A stretch of 64,000 nucleotides of DNA from a virus, in IMG/VR virus record IMGVR_UViG_3300043418_000120, positions 64,001 through 128,000 of that record, one strand, 5' to 3'. A program made the position numbers and the translations under genes. How positions within the stretch are numbered: the first letter of the stretch is position 1; every line of letters begins with the position of its first letter. This document shows, piece by piece, positions 19,430-28,822 of the stretch. The notes under the pieces are model-generated. The model made no database searches. It was not told the DNA's origin and saw nothing but the letters and a program-made list of their open reading frames with translations.

Positions 19430-20290
19430 ATGCGATCGAATTATTGGTCATGTTCTAAATTTGCTGACTGGCTTCGTGGTACTGACAAGCCACCAGCAGC
19501 AACTTCGGAAGGCTGGCGCTCATGGCGCCTTGCCTCTAAGAAGACACACCCAATCCGTCATTGGATCGTTGAAGAAGGTCTTGACAATCTTCAACGATTC
19601 GTCTATTGGCCAGCTGACAAGTTGAACGACATTCGTTACTACATCAACAACCGTTGGGTGGCACGTTCGCATTCACTGACAGCACATCCTCGCGATATCA
19701 AGCCAGGATCTTGGTGCGATGTTGGTAACCGTTTCTTGCCTTGTATGTTCAATGAGTTGGTTGACTTTGTTGAAGTTGAATCAGCATGGATGCATGTTGT
19801 TTGGAACGACGAGAATCGCGACAAGTACAATGTTCCATTCTGGCGCAAGCAATGGTGGACACGTTGGGGAATGGTATGGCGTTGTAAGGAAGCTGGTCTT
19901 GATCATTTGAACTGGGCTGCTCAGTTGCGTTTCGATGATGAGTTCATTGAACAAGACAGCCCATCATACGGCAAGTTCACACCACAAGCCATAAATGCTC
20001 AGGAAATTCTAAGCCTTTACACTTGGTGGACTGAGAAGCGTCCAGCTCGTCCCGATCCATATGAAGTGTCAGGTTGGTCAGCATTGTGCGCTGAGCGTAG
20101 AGCTGCTCGTCGCGCCGAAACTGGCGACAGCAAGGATGACTTCTTTATCTCCGACGAGAAGACACCAGAAGCTAGACAGAAAACAACTGCTGCTCTAGAT
20201 GCGCTACATATGTTAGAGGCAGAATATGAAAAAGAAGACGAAGAAATGATGATTCGTCTAATCAAAGTACGACACGGTCTCTGGACTTAA
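19430..20290 (+). CDS. Conserved Trp-rich phage hypothetical protein
   Basis: YWSCSKFADWLRG...LFNELVDFVE-like motif...MIRLIKVR. Confidence 0.8.
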   Translation: MRSNYWSCSKFADWLRGTDKPPAATSEGWRSWRLASKKTHPIRHWIVEEGLDNLQRFVYWPADKLNDIRYYINNRWVARSHSLTAHPRDIKPGSWCDVGNRFLPCMFNELVDFVEVESAWMHVVWNDENRDKYNVPFWRKQWWTRWGMVWRCKEAGLDHLNWAAQLRFDDEFIEQDSPSYGKFTPQAINAQEILSLYTWWTEKRPARPDPYEVSGWSALCAERRAARRAETGDSKDDFFISDEKTPEARQKTTAALDALHMLEAEYEKEDEEMMIRLIKVRHGLWT

Positions 20291-20302
20291 TAAAGGAAAA
20301 AC

Positions 20303-21652
20303 ATGAAGATTATGATGGTAATGCACACCTTCAACAATTTTGGAGGTATTATCAACCACTGTGAACATCTAGTCGCAGGGTTGAAAGAGCTTGGTCATGA
20401 GGTTACGTTCGCGTATCTGAAAGGCAACAAGACAGTTCGACCAGTTGAGATTCCAACTGAGTTGAAGGAAGGTTATGAGATTGGTGTTGGCACAGGTTAT
20501 CCTGTACACCAAGGCGATGGTTGGATCGCACCTTATTACTCATACAAAGTTCAAGAATCGATTGACAAATTTGTTGTAGATGCTAACCAACACGATTTGG
20601 TTATTTGGCAGTCTATCTTTGGCTTCAAGAATAAAGACACCGAGAAGTCTCTAATGTGGTTGCCGATGGTTGAGAAAATCACTGCCAAGCAAGTCCCAAT
20701 TATTCATGATGCTAACTTGAAGAAGCTGTACCCTTGGATCCAGTTGTTTGAGAAACACTTTGCTGGTCTGGCATGCGTTCACCCAGCAGCTTATGACTCA
20801 GCTGACTTTATGGATGTTCCACGTGCTCTGATTTTGAACCCACAGGACATTGCTAATATTCCCCAGCCACCCTTGTTTTCGAACCAAGAAAACAAGGTTT
20901 TGTCTATCCAGACATTCAAGCGTTGGAAACGTGTTGATGATTTGATTCGTGCTGTACCACACATGAAAGAGGTTAAGACTCTGGTTGGCGGTTATGGTAT
21001 TGAAGCAGCTTACATGATGTCCAAGGACAAATGTAAGGACGAGTACTACTGCACTTCGCAGTATGACCCAGATCGTACCCCAGAGATGGATGGTAAGCGT
21101 ATTTGGCAAAACGCCGAGGAATCAGGTAACTTTGAGTACCTTGGATTTATCTCAGGAGCAAAGCGTGATGAAATTCTATCAACATCTAAGTTTTTGGTTG
21201 ACCCCTCTTGGTCAAATACTTTCGGCGAGCATTTCAACCGTGTGGTTGTGGACGCTATGCGCATTGGTGTCGTACCAATTGCCATAAACTTTGGTGTCTC
21301 TGACAACGAAGAAGGTCAAGGCGTCGTTCTGAAGGCAGGTATCAACTACTGTATGATCAAGAAAGGCTCTACTCCAAAGCAGTATGCCGACAAGATTAAA
21401 GAGTTTTGTAACATGTCTCAGGCTGATTACCAACAAATGCAGCTAAATAACTATGAACTGATTAAACAGTTCGATCGAAAGGTAATTGCTCAGCATTACA
21501 TCGACTTGGCTATGGGTAAGGAGACAGGCTATCTGAACGAACTTAGAACCAAGACGAACCATGACCCAAATATCCCTAGAGTTGCGCGAAACATGTTTGA
21601 AGAACACTTCGAACAACCCAGCGCACAGTCTTTGGACGATTTCTTCGGGTGA
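20303..21652 (+). CDS. GT-B fold glycosyltransferase with C-terminal clamp-binding motif
   Basis: GGIINH...LKELGHEV, FKRWKRVDDLIRA, YLGFIS, EHFNRVVVDAM; ends SLDDFFG. Confidence 0.85.
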   Translation: MKIMMVMHTFNNFGGIINHCEHLVAGLKELGHEVTFAYLKGNKTVRPVEIPTELKEGYEIGVGTGYPVHQGDGWIAPYYSYKVQESIDKFVVDANQHDLVIWQSIFGFKNKDTEKSLMWLPMVEKITAKQVPIIHDANLKKLYPWIQLFEKHFAGLACVHPAAYDSADFMDVPRALILNPQDIANIPQPPLFSNQENKVLSIQTFKRWKRVDDLIRAVPHMKEVKTLVGGYGIEAAYMMSKDKCKDEYYCTSQYDPDRTPEMDGKRIWQNAEESGNFEYLGFISGAKRDEILSTSKFLVDPSWSNTFGEHFNRVVVDAMRIGVVPIAINFGVSDNEEGQGVVLKAGINYCMIKKGSTPKQYADKIKEFCNMSQADYQQMQLNNYELIKQFDRKVIAQHYIDLAMGKETGYLNELRTKTNHDPNIPRVARNMFEEHFEQPSAQSLDDFFG

Positions 21653-21653
21653 T

Positions 21654-21682
21654 TTGACTTCGAACAGCTTTCGTAGTATAAT
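21654..21682 (+). promoter_or_regulatory. Sigma70-type promoter
   Basis: TTGACT-17-TATAAT. Confidence 0.85.
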
Positions 21683-21688
21683 AATGGT

Positions 21689-22342
21689 ATGAAAGCTGAT
21701 CTGATCCAAAACTACAAACACAACTTCGTGGATCTGCTGAATGTGGATCTACCGTCACTCGTCCCAGCTAAACTCTGGGACGACTTTGACAAGTATCGCG
21801 ACGACCCCAAGGGTATGAAGCGTTATCTTGCTCGTCAACATAAAACAAAACTAGAATTTGAATACGACCCAAGAGAATGCCGTGTCTCTGGGGAATTCGA
21901 CATTGAGACAGAACGTATCTCAATTTTCGCTACCATTTCTCGCCGTTGGGAAGACAGAGACTGGGACTACTTCAAGTTTGAGGTAATTGTCACCATGATG
22001 CATGAGTATATTCATTACATGCAGTGGTTGAAGAGTGGAGATGAGATGGATCTGGTGCTGTTCCACAAGGAAAGCAAGAACCCAGACAAACAAGAAGACC
22101 GCGAGTACTACGCTTGCTGGTCAGAGATCCAAGCCTATGGGCACTGTATCTACATGGAGATGAAGGCTAAGAATGCCAAGAAATCCTGTGCTGAGATGCT
22201 ACAATCCAAGAGACGAAGCTGGTACTCGCCATCATTACGTCAATTCAGAACTGCATTTGATGGTTTTGACTATCCTTTACGCTACCTGTACCGAGAGGTG
22301 CTCCGCTGGGAGAAACGCTACGAATCACTAAATATAGGATAA
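21689..22342 (+). CDS. HEXXH zincin-like protein
   Basis: MHEYIHY.Q ... SEIQAY. Confidence 0.65.
   Translation: MKADLIQNYKHNFVDLLNVDLPSLVPAKLWDDFDKYRDDPKGMKRYLARQHKTKLEFEYDPRECRVSGEFDIETERISIFATISRRWEDRDWDYFKFEVIVTMMHEYIHYMQWLKSGDEMDLVLFHKESKNPDKQEDREYYACWSEIQAYGHCIYMEMKAKNAKKSCAEMLQSKRRSWYSPSLRQFRTAFDGFDYPLRYLYREVLRWEKRYESLNIG
22328..22334 (+). promoter_or_regulatory. T4-type late promoter
   Basis: CTAAATA before the late cluster; similar motifs near 9340, 10191, 26884, 29135, 31850, 34286, 42819, 56198, 59407, 63235. Confidence 0.65.
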
Positions 22343-22358
22343 TTTTAGGGATTTATCG

Positions 22359-23663
22359 ATGGCGTCAATTGTAGGTAGCTCAAAATACGGTGAAGGACAT
22401 AAGGTTGTTCTGAAAGAAGCCAGTAAGATGGCAGCTACCACTGTATCCGCATTCTCAGAACATAAGTACAAAGCTGGCGAAGCGGTCTTTGAGATTGCTA
22501 AGAAGGTATCCATCAAAGAAATCAACACAATCATCCAGATTGGTGCTGGTAAAGACAGCATTATGTTAAAGGACACCAAGGGTAAGTATGTCTTACTCAA
22601 AGGTTCCGAATCCTCAATCAACAATTCCTTCAATCACTTCAGCGATAACTCTAAGAGCAACACTGGCGATCTTACTGAACTGAAAGAAATTGTCAGCATG
22701 TATTTGTTCGAGTCGATCGTTGAGAACAACAAACTTCTAACTGAAGACCAGCTAATCAAGAAGCTGGGCGACAAGGCTAAACTCTACAAGACACTGTATT
22801 ACACAAGTGCCAAGGCTCAAGCTGATGAGTTGAAGAAGTTTATGAAGGGCGCAAAGGGTTATACCTACGAACGCCAACAACAAGACAAAACAGTTGCGAT
22901 CTATGCTCTTGGTCGTAAGTTATCTGGCAAAGCCAACGACAACTGGAATCCTGCTGACGTATGGATGTTCAAGAAGGCTATGAAGCTAGACACTATCCTT
23001 GCTTCTAAGTCAATTGACGAGCTCAACAGCCACATTGCCAATGCCTTTAAGAAGAAGGAAATTATCCCAATCTCCTTGAAGCAAGTTGAAGGCGATAAGG
23101 CTAAGATGGATATTGTCGACCCATCGTCGCAAATGACACAGAAGCTCGACTACGACATGACATTCCTGAAGGTTGACTTGTCTGACACATTTGCCAACTT
23201 CATTGTTCAAACCAAATCTGGTTTCGCTGTTCGATGCGGATTTAAAGCATCGGCAACTACACTGAACGTATCACTAGAAGGTCGCTTCATCGGCGCAGGT
23301 TTCCAACTTGGTGCTGTTGATGCTAAGCAGTATGGACCACACGTTAAACAAAACTACAACTACCAAGTGCGTAGTGGTGTTGGTGTTACATCTGTTGACC
23401 ACACAAAAGCGAAAGCCGAACTGAAAGCAATGTTCGCTGCGTATCCTCGCCTATCTAATACATTGAAAGATTATAAGCAAGCTGAAGCTATCTTCAACAA
23501 GGCTGATAAACTTACCAAGGATAGATTCGCAAACCTAATCTCTTACTTGTATAGTTTCTTGATGGCACCGAAGGGCGCTAAGTTTAAAGACAATATGACA
23601 TTCTGCTACTTCAGCTCAAAGAAGCTGACTGCTGGTAGCTGTATCTATACAATCATCCACTAA
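22359..23663 (+). CDS. Late Lys-rich protein with PD-(D/E)XK nuclease-like motif
   Basis: WNPADVW...IPISLKQ. Confidence 0.6.
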   Translation: MASIVGSSKYGEGHKVVLKEASKMAATTVSAFSEHKYKAGEAVFEIAKKVSIKEINTIIQIGAGKDSIMLKDTKGKYVLLKGSESSINNSFNHFSDNSKSNTGDLTELKEIVSMYLFESIVENNKLLTEDQLIKKLGDKAKLYKTLYYTSAKAQADELKKFMKGAKGYTYERQQQDKTVAIYALGRKLSGKANDNWNPADVWMFKKAMKLDTILASKSIDELNSHIANAFKKKEIIPISLKQVEGDKAKMDIVDPSSQMTQKLDYDMTFLKVDLSDTFANFIVQTKSGFAVRCGFKASATTLNVSLEGRFIGAGFQLGAVDAKQYGPHVKQNYNYQVRSGVGVTSVDHTKAKAELKAMFAAYPRLSNTLKDYKQAEAIFNKADKLTKDRFANLISYLYSFLMAPKGAKFKDNMTFCYFSSKKLTAGSCIYTIIH

Positions 23664-23671
23664 GGAACAAC

Positions 23672-24847
23672 ATGAAATCGTTTCTACAATATATTACCGA
23701 GGAAGCTGAAGGCGCGAAGCTAAAGCATATTCACCATGCTGAAGATCGTCCTCTGTATCACGGAGCTAAAGGCTTCGAGCATGCGCATGGCGCATTGACA
23801 CAGGCTCACCAGCATATGGTAAGTGGACACTCTAATAGCAACCTGACAATGAAGTATGACGGTTCTCCAGCTGTTGTTTATGGACATCACCCTGAGAATG
23901 GTAAATTCTTCGTCGCTTCTAAGTCTGCGTTCAACAAGAACCCAAAGCTGAACTACACTCACGCCGATATCCAAAAGCATCATGGCCATGCTCCTGGACT
24001 TGTGGATAAGTTGGGCGCGGCTCTTTCTCACCTACCAAAAGTTGCGCCAAAGAAAGGTGTCTATCAAGGCGACCTGATGCATAGTCATACTGACGTTGAG
24101 CATCACAAAAGTGGCTCAGCTTCATTTACGCCAAACACCATCAAGTACACTGCTCATGGCGCGGAGGCAGCTGCTGTTAAGAAGTCAAAGGTTGGTGTTG
24201 TTACTCATACACAATATCACGGTAAAGATATTACCTCGATGGCCGCATCGCCACACGTCGATCACCACAACTTTAAACAACATCCAGACGTATACCAAAA
24301 GTCTGCTGAGCACGACACAAGTAAGGTAAAGTACCCGAAGGCTGCTCAACAGAAATTCCTACACCACATCGGCGCAGCGCATGATATCCACAAGGAACAT
24401 GGCGCTAAGATGTACTCAGCTATACACCCACAACATGCTGGCGAAGCTGGTCATCTTGGTACATATATTAACCAAACAGTTCGTACTGGTGCAAAGCCAT
24501 CTGCTAAAGGTTTCCAGCAACACTTGACTGCTAAACATCAAGCAGCTGCTGATAAGTTGAAGAGCGAAGCGGGTAAGAGCAAGAAAACTACTGAGGGAGC
24601 TGCTCACGTTGCTCACGTTGAGAAGAACAAACCTCATTACGAAAATCTATTGAAGATGCATCAGCATATTCATGATGCCAAGAACGTTCTAGTGAAGCAT
24701 CTAGAAACACACGAAGGCGGTCTAGACCATCACATTGGAACAAAGAAGTCGAAGCCAGAAGGCTTTGTTGTTAACCACGCTAATGAGCCAACGAAGCTAG
24801 TCAATCGCGCTGAGTTTGCCAGAGCCAACCTACTGAAGACACGATAA
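23672..24847 (+). CDS. DUF6267-like protein, RNA-ligase/covalent nucleotidyltransferase-like; putative internal head protein
   Basis: KYDGSP, QGDLM, PEGFVV, KLVNR; N-terminus MKSFLQYITEE. Confidence 0.7.
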   Translation: MKSFLQYITEEAEGAKLKHIHHAEDRPLYHGAKGFEHAHGALTQAHQHMVSGHSNSNLTMKYDGSPAVVYGHHPENGKFFVASKSAFNKNPKLNYTHADIQKHHGHAPGLVDKLGAALSHLPKVAPKKGVYQGDLMHSHTDVEHHKSGSASFTPNTIKYTAHGAEAAAVKKSKVGVVTHTQYHGKDITSMAASPHVDHHNFKQHPDVYQKSAEHDTSKVKYPKAAQQKFLHHIGAAHDIHKEHGAKMYSAIHPQHAGEAGHLGTYINQTVRTGAKPSAKGFQQHLTAKHQAAADKLKSEAGKSKKTTEGAAHVAHVEKNKPHYENLLKMHQHIHDAKNVLVKHLETHEGGLDHHIGTKKSKPEGFVVNHANEPTKLVNRAEFARANLLKTR

Positions 24848-25311
24848 TGATCTCATTCAAACAATACCTAGAAGAAGCCAAGCGTGGCTTGTGGGATAAC
24901 ATCCACGCAAAGCGCGAACGTATTAAGAACGGTTCAGGCGAGCGTATGCGAAAGCCAGGAAGTAAAGGCGCACCAACCGCTGCGAACTTGAAACAAGCTG
25001 CAGAATCGGTCGAGCACGAATGCGAGTGCGAAGAGAAGTGCGGATGCGATACTGTTCTTGAAGACGCTAAGGGGTACAAGAACCCAACAGGAGGTCTTAC
25101 CCAGAAAGGCAGAGACCATTATAATCGCGAAACTGGCGGAAACTTGAAAGCGCCAGTCACAACTCCTCCTTCTAAGCTAAAGAAGGGTAGCAAAGCTGCT
25201 AATCGCCGTAAGTCATTCTGCGCTAGAATGTCTGGCGTAGAAGGTCCAATGAAAGATGACAAAGGTCGTCCAACCCGCAAGGCTCTTGCTCTAAGAAAGT
25301 GGAACTGCTAA
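24847..25311 (+). CDS. Basic putative internal head protein (DUF6321-like)
   Basis: MISFKQYLEEA; GGLTQKGR...RRKSFCARM...ALRKWNC. Confidence 0.75.
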   Translation: MISFKQYLEEAKRGLWDNIHAKRERIKNGSGERMRKPGSKGAPTAANLKQAAESVEHECECEEKCGCDTVLEDAKGYKNPTGGLTQKGRDHYNRETGGNLKAPVTTPPSKLKKGSKAANRRKSFCARMSGVEGPMKDDKGRPTRKALALRKWNC

Positions 25312-25925
25312 TGAAAAGATTTATCGACTATTTGTTCGAAGCTGCCGAGAAGCATCATGTGCTTGCGTTCGGTCGTATGAACCCAATCACTTCTGGTCAC
25401 GAGGCTGTTGTTAACAAGGTACACGATGTTGCCAAGAAACATAAAGCTGATCACACTGTTGTTGTTTCACATAGCCAAGACGCTAAGAAGAATCCTTTGA
25501 CTGGTGAACAAAAGGTTAAACATGCCAGCCGAGCATTCCCTGGAACAAAGGTGAAGTCTGCTAGCAAGGAACACCCTACAATCCTACACCATGCTGCTGA
25601 ACTACACAAGGCTGGCGTGCAACACTTACACGTTGTAGCTGGTTCTGACCGCCACCATGAGATGCATACACTGCTTCATAAATACAACAACGGCGAAAGC
25701 CATAAGCATGGTTCTTACCACTTCAAGTCTATCACAGTACACTCTTCAGGCGCACGCGACCCTGACGCTGAAGGAACAACTGGTATGTCTGCTAGCAAGA
25801 TGCGCGAACATGCTAGTAAAGGCGAGAAGGATAAATTCCATGCAGGCGCTCCATCAAAGATGAGCACTAAACACAAAGACGAAATGTATCATGAAGTAAG
25901 AAAGGGCATGGGGCACCATGACTGA
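25311..25925 (+). CDS. HxGH nucleotidyltransferase (cytidylyltransferase/NMNAT-like)
   Basis: FGRMNPITSGH, KNPL, VAGSDR, RDPDAEG..GMSASKMR. Confidence 0.85.
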   Translation: MKRFIDYLFEAAEKHHVLAFGRMNPITSGHEAVVNKVHDVAKKHKADHTVVVSHSQDAKKNPLTGEQKVKHASRAFPGTKVKSASKEHPTILHHAAELHKAGVQHLHVVAGSDRHHEMHTLLHKYNNGESHKHGSYHFKSITVHSSGARDPDAEGTTGMSASKMREHASKGEKDKFHAGAPSKMSTKHKDEMYHEVRKGMGHHD

Positions 25926-26877
25926 TTTAAACGATCTGTTCAAAGCAGCAGCTGACGAGAAGAGAAAACTCCGAGAGCAGCAAGAAAACTCTCCAGCTGG
26001 CAAGGCGTTGAAGGCAGTCCAAGAACGCCTAAAAGAACAGAACGAAATCGCTGCGCTATTTAGAGCCAAGCAAGCAGAAGTTGTTCAAGAAGCCATTCCT
26101 GAATTTGTGCCAGAACCGACTCCGACTGCAGCGCCAGATAACCTTGTCAATGCGGCAGTTACTGTTGCTCAGCAAACCAATCACGACTCGTTCCAGCAGC
26201 CAGCGCCTCAGCAAATTGACCAGAATATTGCTGCAATGATCAAGAAGATGCAATTCCTTGAGCAAGCTATTGGCAAGATTGCCGCTACTGGGCCAGGATC
26301 TGGTGAAGTAAACCTTCGATGGTTGGACGACGTTGATAGAAGCACGATACAAGATAATCGTTATCTGCGCTACAGCGCTGCAAGTAAAAAGTTCATCTTC
26401 GATGACGTTGATGCTGTTGGAGAGTATCTTACATTTTGGGACACAACCAGTAGAAACGTCACACAATCTGCGCAATATTTGCTAGAGCTGAACTCAACAA
26501 ATGGGTCTCGAAACATAACACTAGAGAATTCTTCTAAGATAACATTTACTAAAGCTGGCACATACATCATCAGTTACAGTTTACAGCTGGTTAATACTGG
26601 AAACGAACAGGAAGATGTGAATGTGTGGATCAAGAAAAATGGCCAAAACGTTGAAGACACAAACAGCATCTTTACTGTACCAGCAAGAAAGAATACGTCA
26701 ATTACTGGTAAGATGGTAGCTACTTCACCGATACCTGTTGATGTAAATGCTGGCGACTACATTCAAGTTTACCTGCATACAGACTCAAGTACTGTGAATA
26801 TTGATACTGTTAACGACGATTCTGTACATGGAATTCCTAGATCCCCCAGCGCAATTTTAGTTGTAACTAAAATGTAA
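25918..26877 (+). CDS. Virion protein with coiled-coil N-terminus and beta-sandwich (C1q/TNF-like) C-terminus
   Basis: GSGEVNLRWLDDVD; ITFTKAGTY.ISYSLQL...VNAGDYIQV. Confidence 0.6.
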   Translation: MTDLNDLFKAAADEKRKLREQQENSPAGKALKAVQERLKEQNEIAALFRAKQAEVVQEAIPEFVPEPTPTAAPDNLVNAAVTVAQQTNHDSFQQPAPQQIDQNIAAMIKKMQFLEQAIGKIAATGPGSGEVNLRWLDDVDRSTIQDNRYLRYSAASKKFIFDDVDAVGEYLTFWDTTSRNVTQSAQYLLELNSTNGSRNITLENSSKITFTKAGTYIISYSLQLVNTGNEQEDVNVWIKKNGQNVEDTNSIFTVPARKNTSITGKMVATSPIPVDVNAGDYIQVYLHTDSSTVNIDTVNDDSVHGIPRSPSAILVVTKM

Positions 26878-26918
26878 ATCTAATAAATAAGTCATATATT
26901 TTAACATAGATGGATTAA

Positions 26919-28811
26919 ATGAAAGCATATAGTCAGTTCCTAAAAGAGCTGCCTTCAAAGAAGGTAGTATTTGCGTATGGCGATTTTCAAGCGCCAACGA
27001 ATGGTCACGAACTTCTCATCAAAACGGTTGAGAAAGTTGCCAATGAGCAGGCTGTGCCTCATGTAATCTACACATCTCAGAAGACCCTTGCTGCTGATCG
27101 CAAGGCTCACTATCTGAAAAGAATGTTCCCAGAAGCCAATATCAAAGCTGCTGGGAACACACTCATTGAGGCAGCTAAAGACCTCAACAAGAAATACAAA
27201 AGCATCATTCTAGTTACTGGCGTTGACCAAGTAACTGAGTGTAAGAAGCTCCTAGAATCCAAAAACGGAAAAGAATATAACTTCGACACAATCACAGTAG
27301 TTTCTACTGGCGAGCGCGACGCTGATCTAGATACAACAGCCATCAAAGCTGCCAAGAAGGGCGATATTGAGTCATTCAAAGAAAGCCTTTGTCAGTCTAT
27401 CACATCAACCGATGCTATGCGCCTAATGAATGAGTTGAGAAGCGTTCACGATCTAGACCCAATTAAGCAAGATTTGAAGATCGCTACCGACTGGCTACGT
27501 GAGTCATATTTCCGTGGTGAGATCTATCAAATCGGCGACTTGGTTGAGTCGCAAGAAAAGACATTTGAAGTTGTTGATCGAGGTAGTAATTACCTTGTAG
27601 TTCTAGATGAGTCGGGAAAGACATTCCGCAAATGGCTCAAAGATATCCAGCCATCCACTTCTAACGACAGTATCGTTGAAAAACAAAACGATATCCTCGA
27701 AGCAACGAAGTGGTCTCCATCAGATAAAATCAAAGTAGCTAAGATTGTTGCTGGCGCACTAGGTGTTCAGAATCTAAACAGCACATCTAATCCAGAGCAA
27801 CTTGTTAACAACGCCCTGCGCTTTGTTCGTAACAAGCCAATGCGTCCAGAGTATGTTGCTATTCTAAAGAGAATGCTGCAGACTGCTAAGGAAGTTGGTA
27901 TTGATTTTGACGAGAAACTAATCCCACACAAAGTCGACGAAGCGCGCATGAGCGCAGCTGTTAAACTTCAGCGCGCATTCGAGCGCGAGCAAGAGAAGTC
28001 CGCAGCAAGCCGCAAGCGTGGCGAAGAATTGCTAAACCCAAAGAAACCAGAAGAGAAGAAGCCAGTCGCTGAGCATATCGTTAAGACTGGCTCAGGGTAT
28101 AAGCTGCTATCTAAGAAGACTGGTAAGAATCTTGGCACTGCTACAAGCAAGGCTGGTATTCTAAAGCGCGAGCGTGAAGTTGAATACTTCAAACACGTCA
28201 AAGAAGAAGCTGCCTTTGAAAAGGATGACGATATCCTAAAGGCAACTAACAACATCGACGATAACGCAAGAGTCTTCGACAGCGACATCTCTAAGATTAA
28301 AGAAATTGATCACGTCATCCACGCATATGACGACAAAGAACTTGCGTTTGTTGACCACGATACTGGTGAACACGTAGGTGATGTCCACGATGACGATAAG
28401 AAAACTGGCCAGCGTATTGAGCAGCCAGCAACTGAGACTGACGAATACCAAGGTTCTCGTTATGTCAAGGAAGAATACCTTGAAGAAGGCTTGAGTCGTA
28501 TGGAACGTATTATGCGTAAGCAACGTTTCATGAGAACTAAGTCAAAGCGCGAGCAGAGAGTTAAGATTGCTCTTCGCAAATCATCAAATATCATCACAAT
28601 GAGTAAACGCGCTCGACGCCTTGCTACTCATATGATCAAGACACGCATCCTGAGAAAAGATCCAGAGACTGCGTCGATCCCAGAAAAAGAACGAGTTGAG
28701 GCTCTTCTAAAGAAACGTCCGTTGTTGGTGAACCGTTTGGCTTCTCGCCTACTACCTAAGCTGCGTGAAGTTGAGAAGAACAGACTACGTCACCACAAAT
28801 ACACAAAATAA
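26919..28811 (+). CDS. Putative internal head protein with degenerate HxGH nucleotidyltransferase N-terminal domain
   Basis: MKAYSQFLKEL; YGDFQAPTNGH; GERDAD; RESYFRGEIYQIGD.V. Confidence 0.7.
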   Translation: MKAYSQFLKELPSKKVVFAYGDFQAPTNGHELLIKTVEKVANEQAVPHVIYTSQKTLAADRKAHYLKRMFPEANIKAAGNTLIEAAKDLNKKYKSIILVTGVDQVTECKKLLESKNGKEYNFDTITVVSTGERDADLDTTAIKAAKKGDIESFKESLCQSITSTDAMRLMNELRSVHDLDPIKQDLKIATDWLRESYFRGEIYQIGDLVESQEKTFEVVDRGSNYLVVLDESGKTFRKWLKDIQPSTSNDSIVEKQNDILEATKWSPSDKIKVAKIVAGALGVQNLNSTSNPEQLVNNALRFVRNKPMRPEYVAILKRMLQTAKEVGIDFDEKLIPHKVDEARMSAAVKLQRAFEREQEKSAASRKRGEELLNPKKPEEKKPVAEHIVKTGSGYKLLSKKTGKNLGTATSKAGILKREREVEYFKHVKEEAAFEKDDDILKATNNIDDNARVFDSDISKIKEIDHVIHAYDDKELAFVDHDTGEHVGDVHDDDKKTGQRIEQPATETDEYQGSRYVKEEYLEEGLSRMERIMRKQRFMRTKSKREQRVKIALRKSSNIITMSKRARRLATHMIKTRILRKDPETASIPEKERVEALLKKRPLLVNRLASRLLPKLREVEKNRLRHHKYTK

Positions 28812-28822
28812 TAGGAGCCGAT

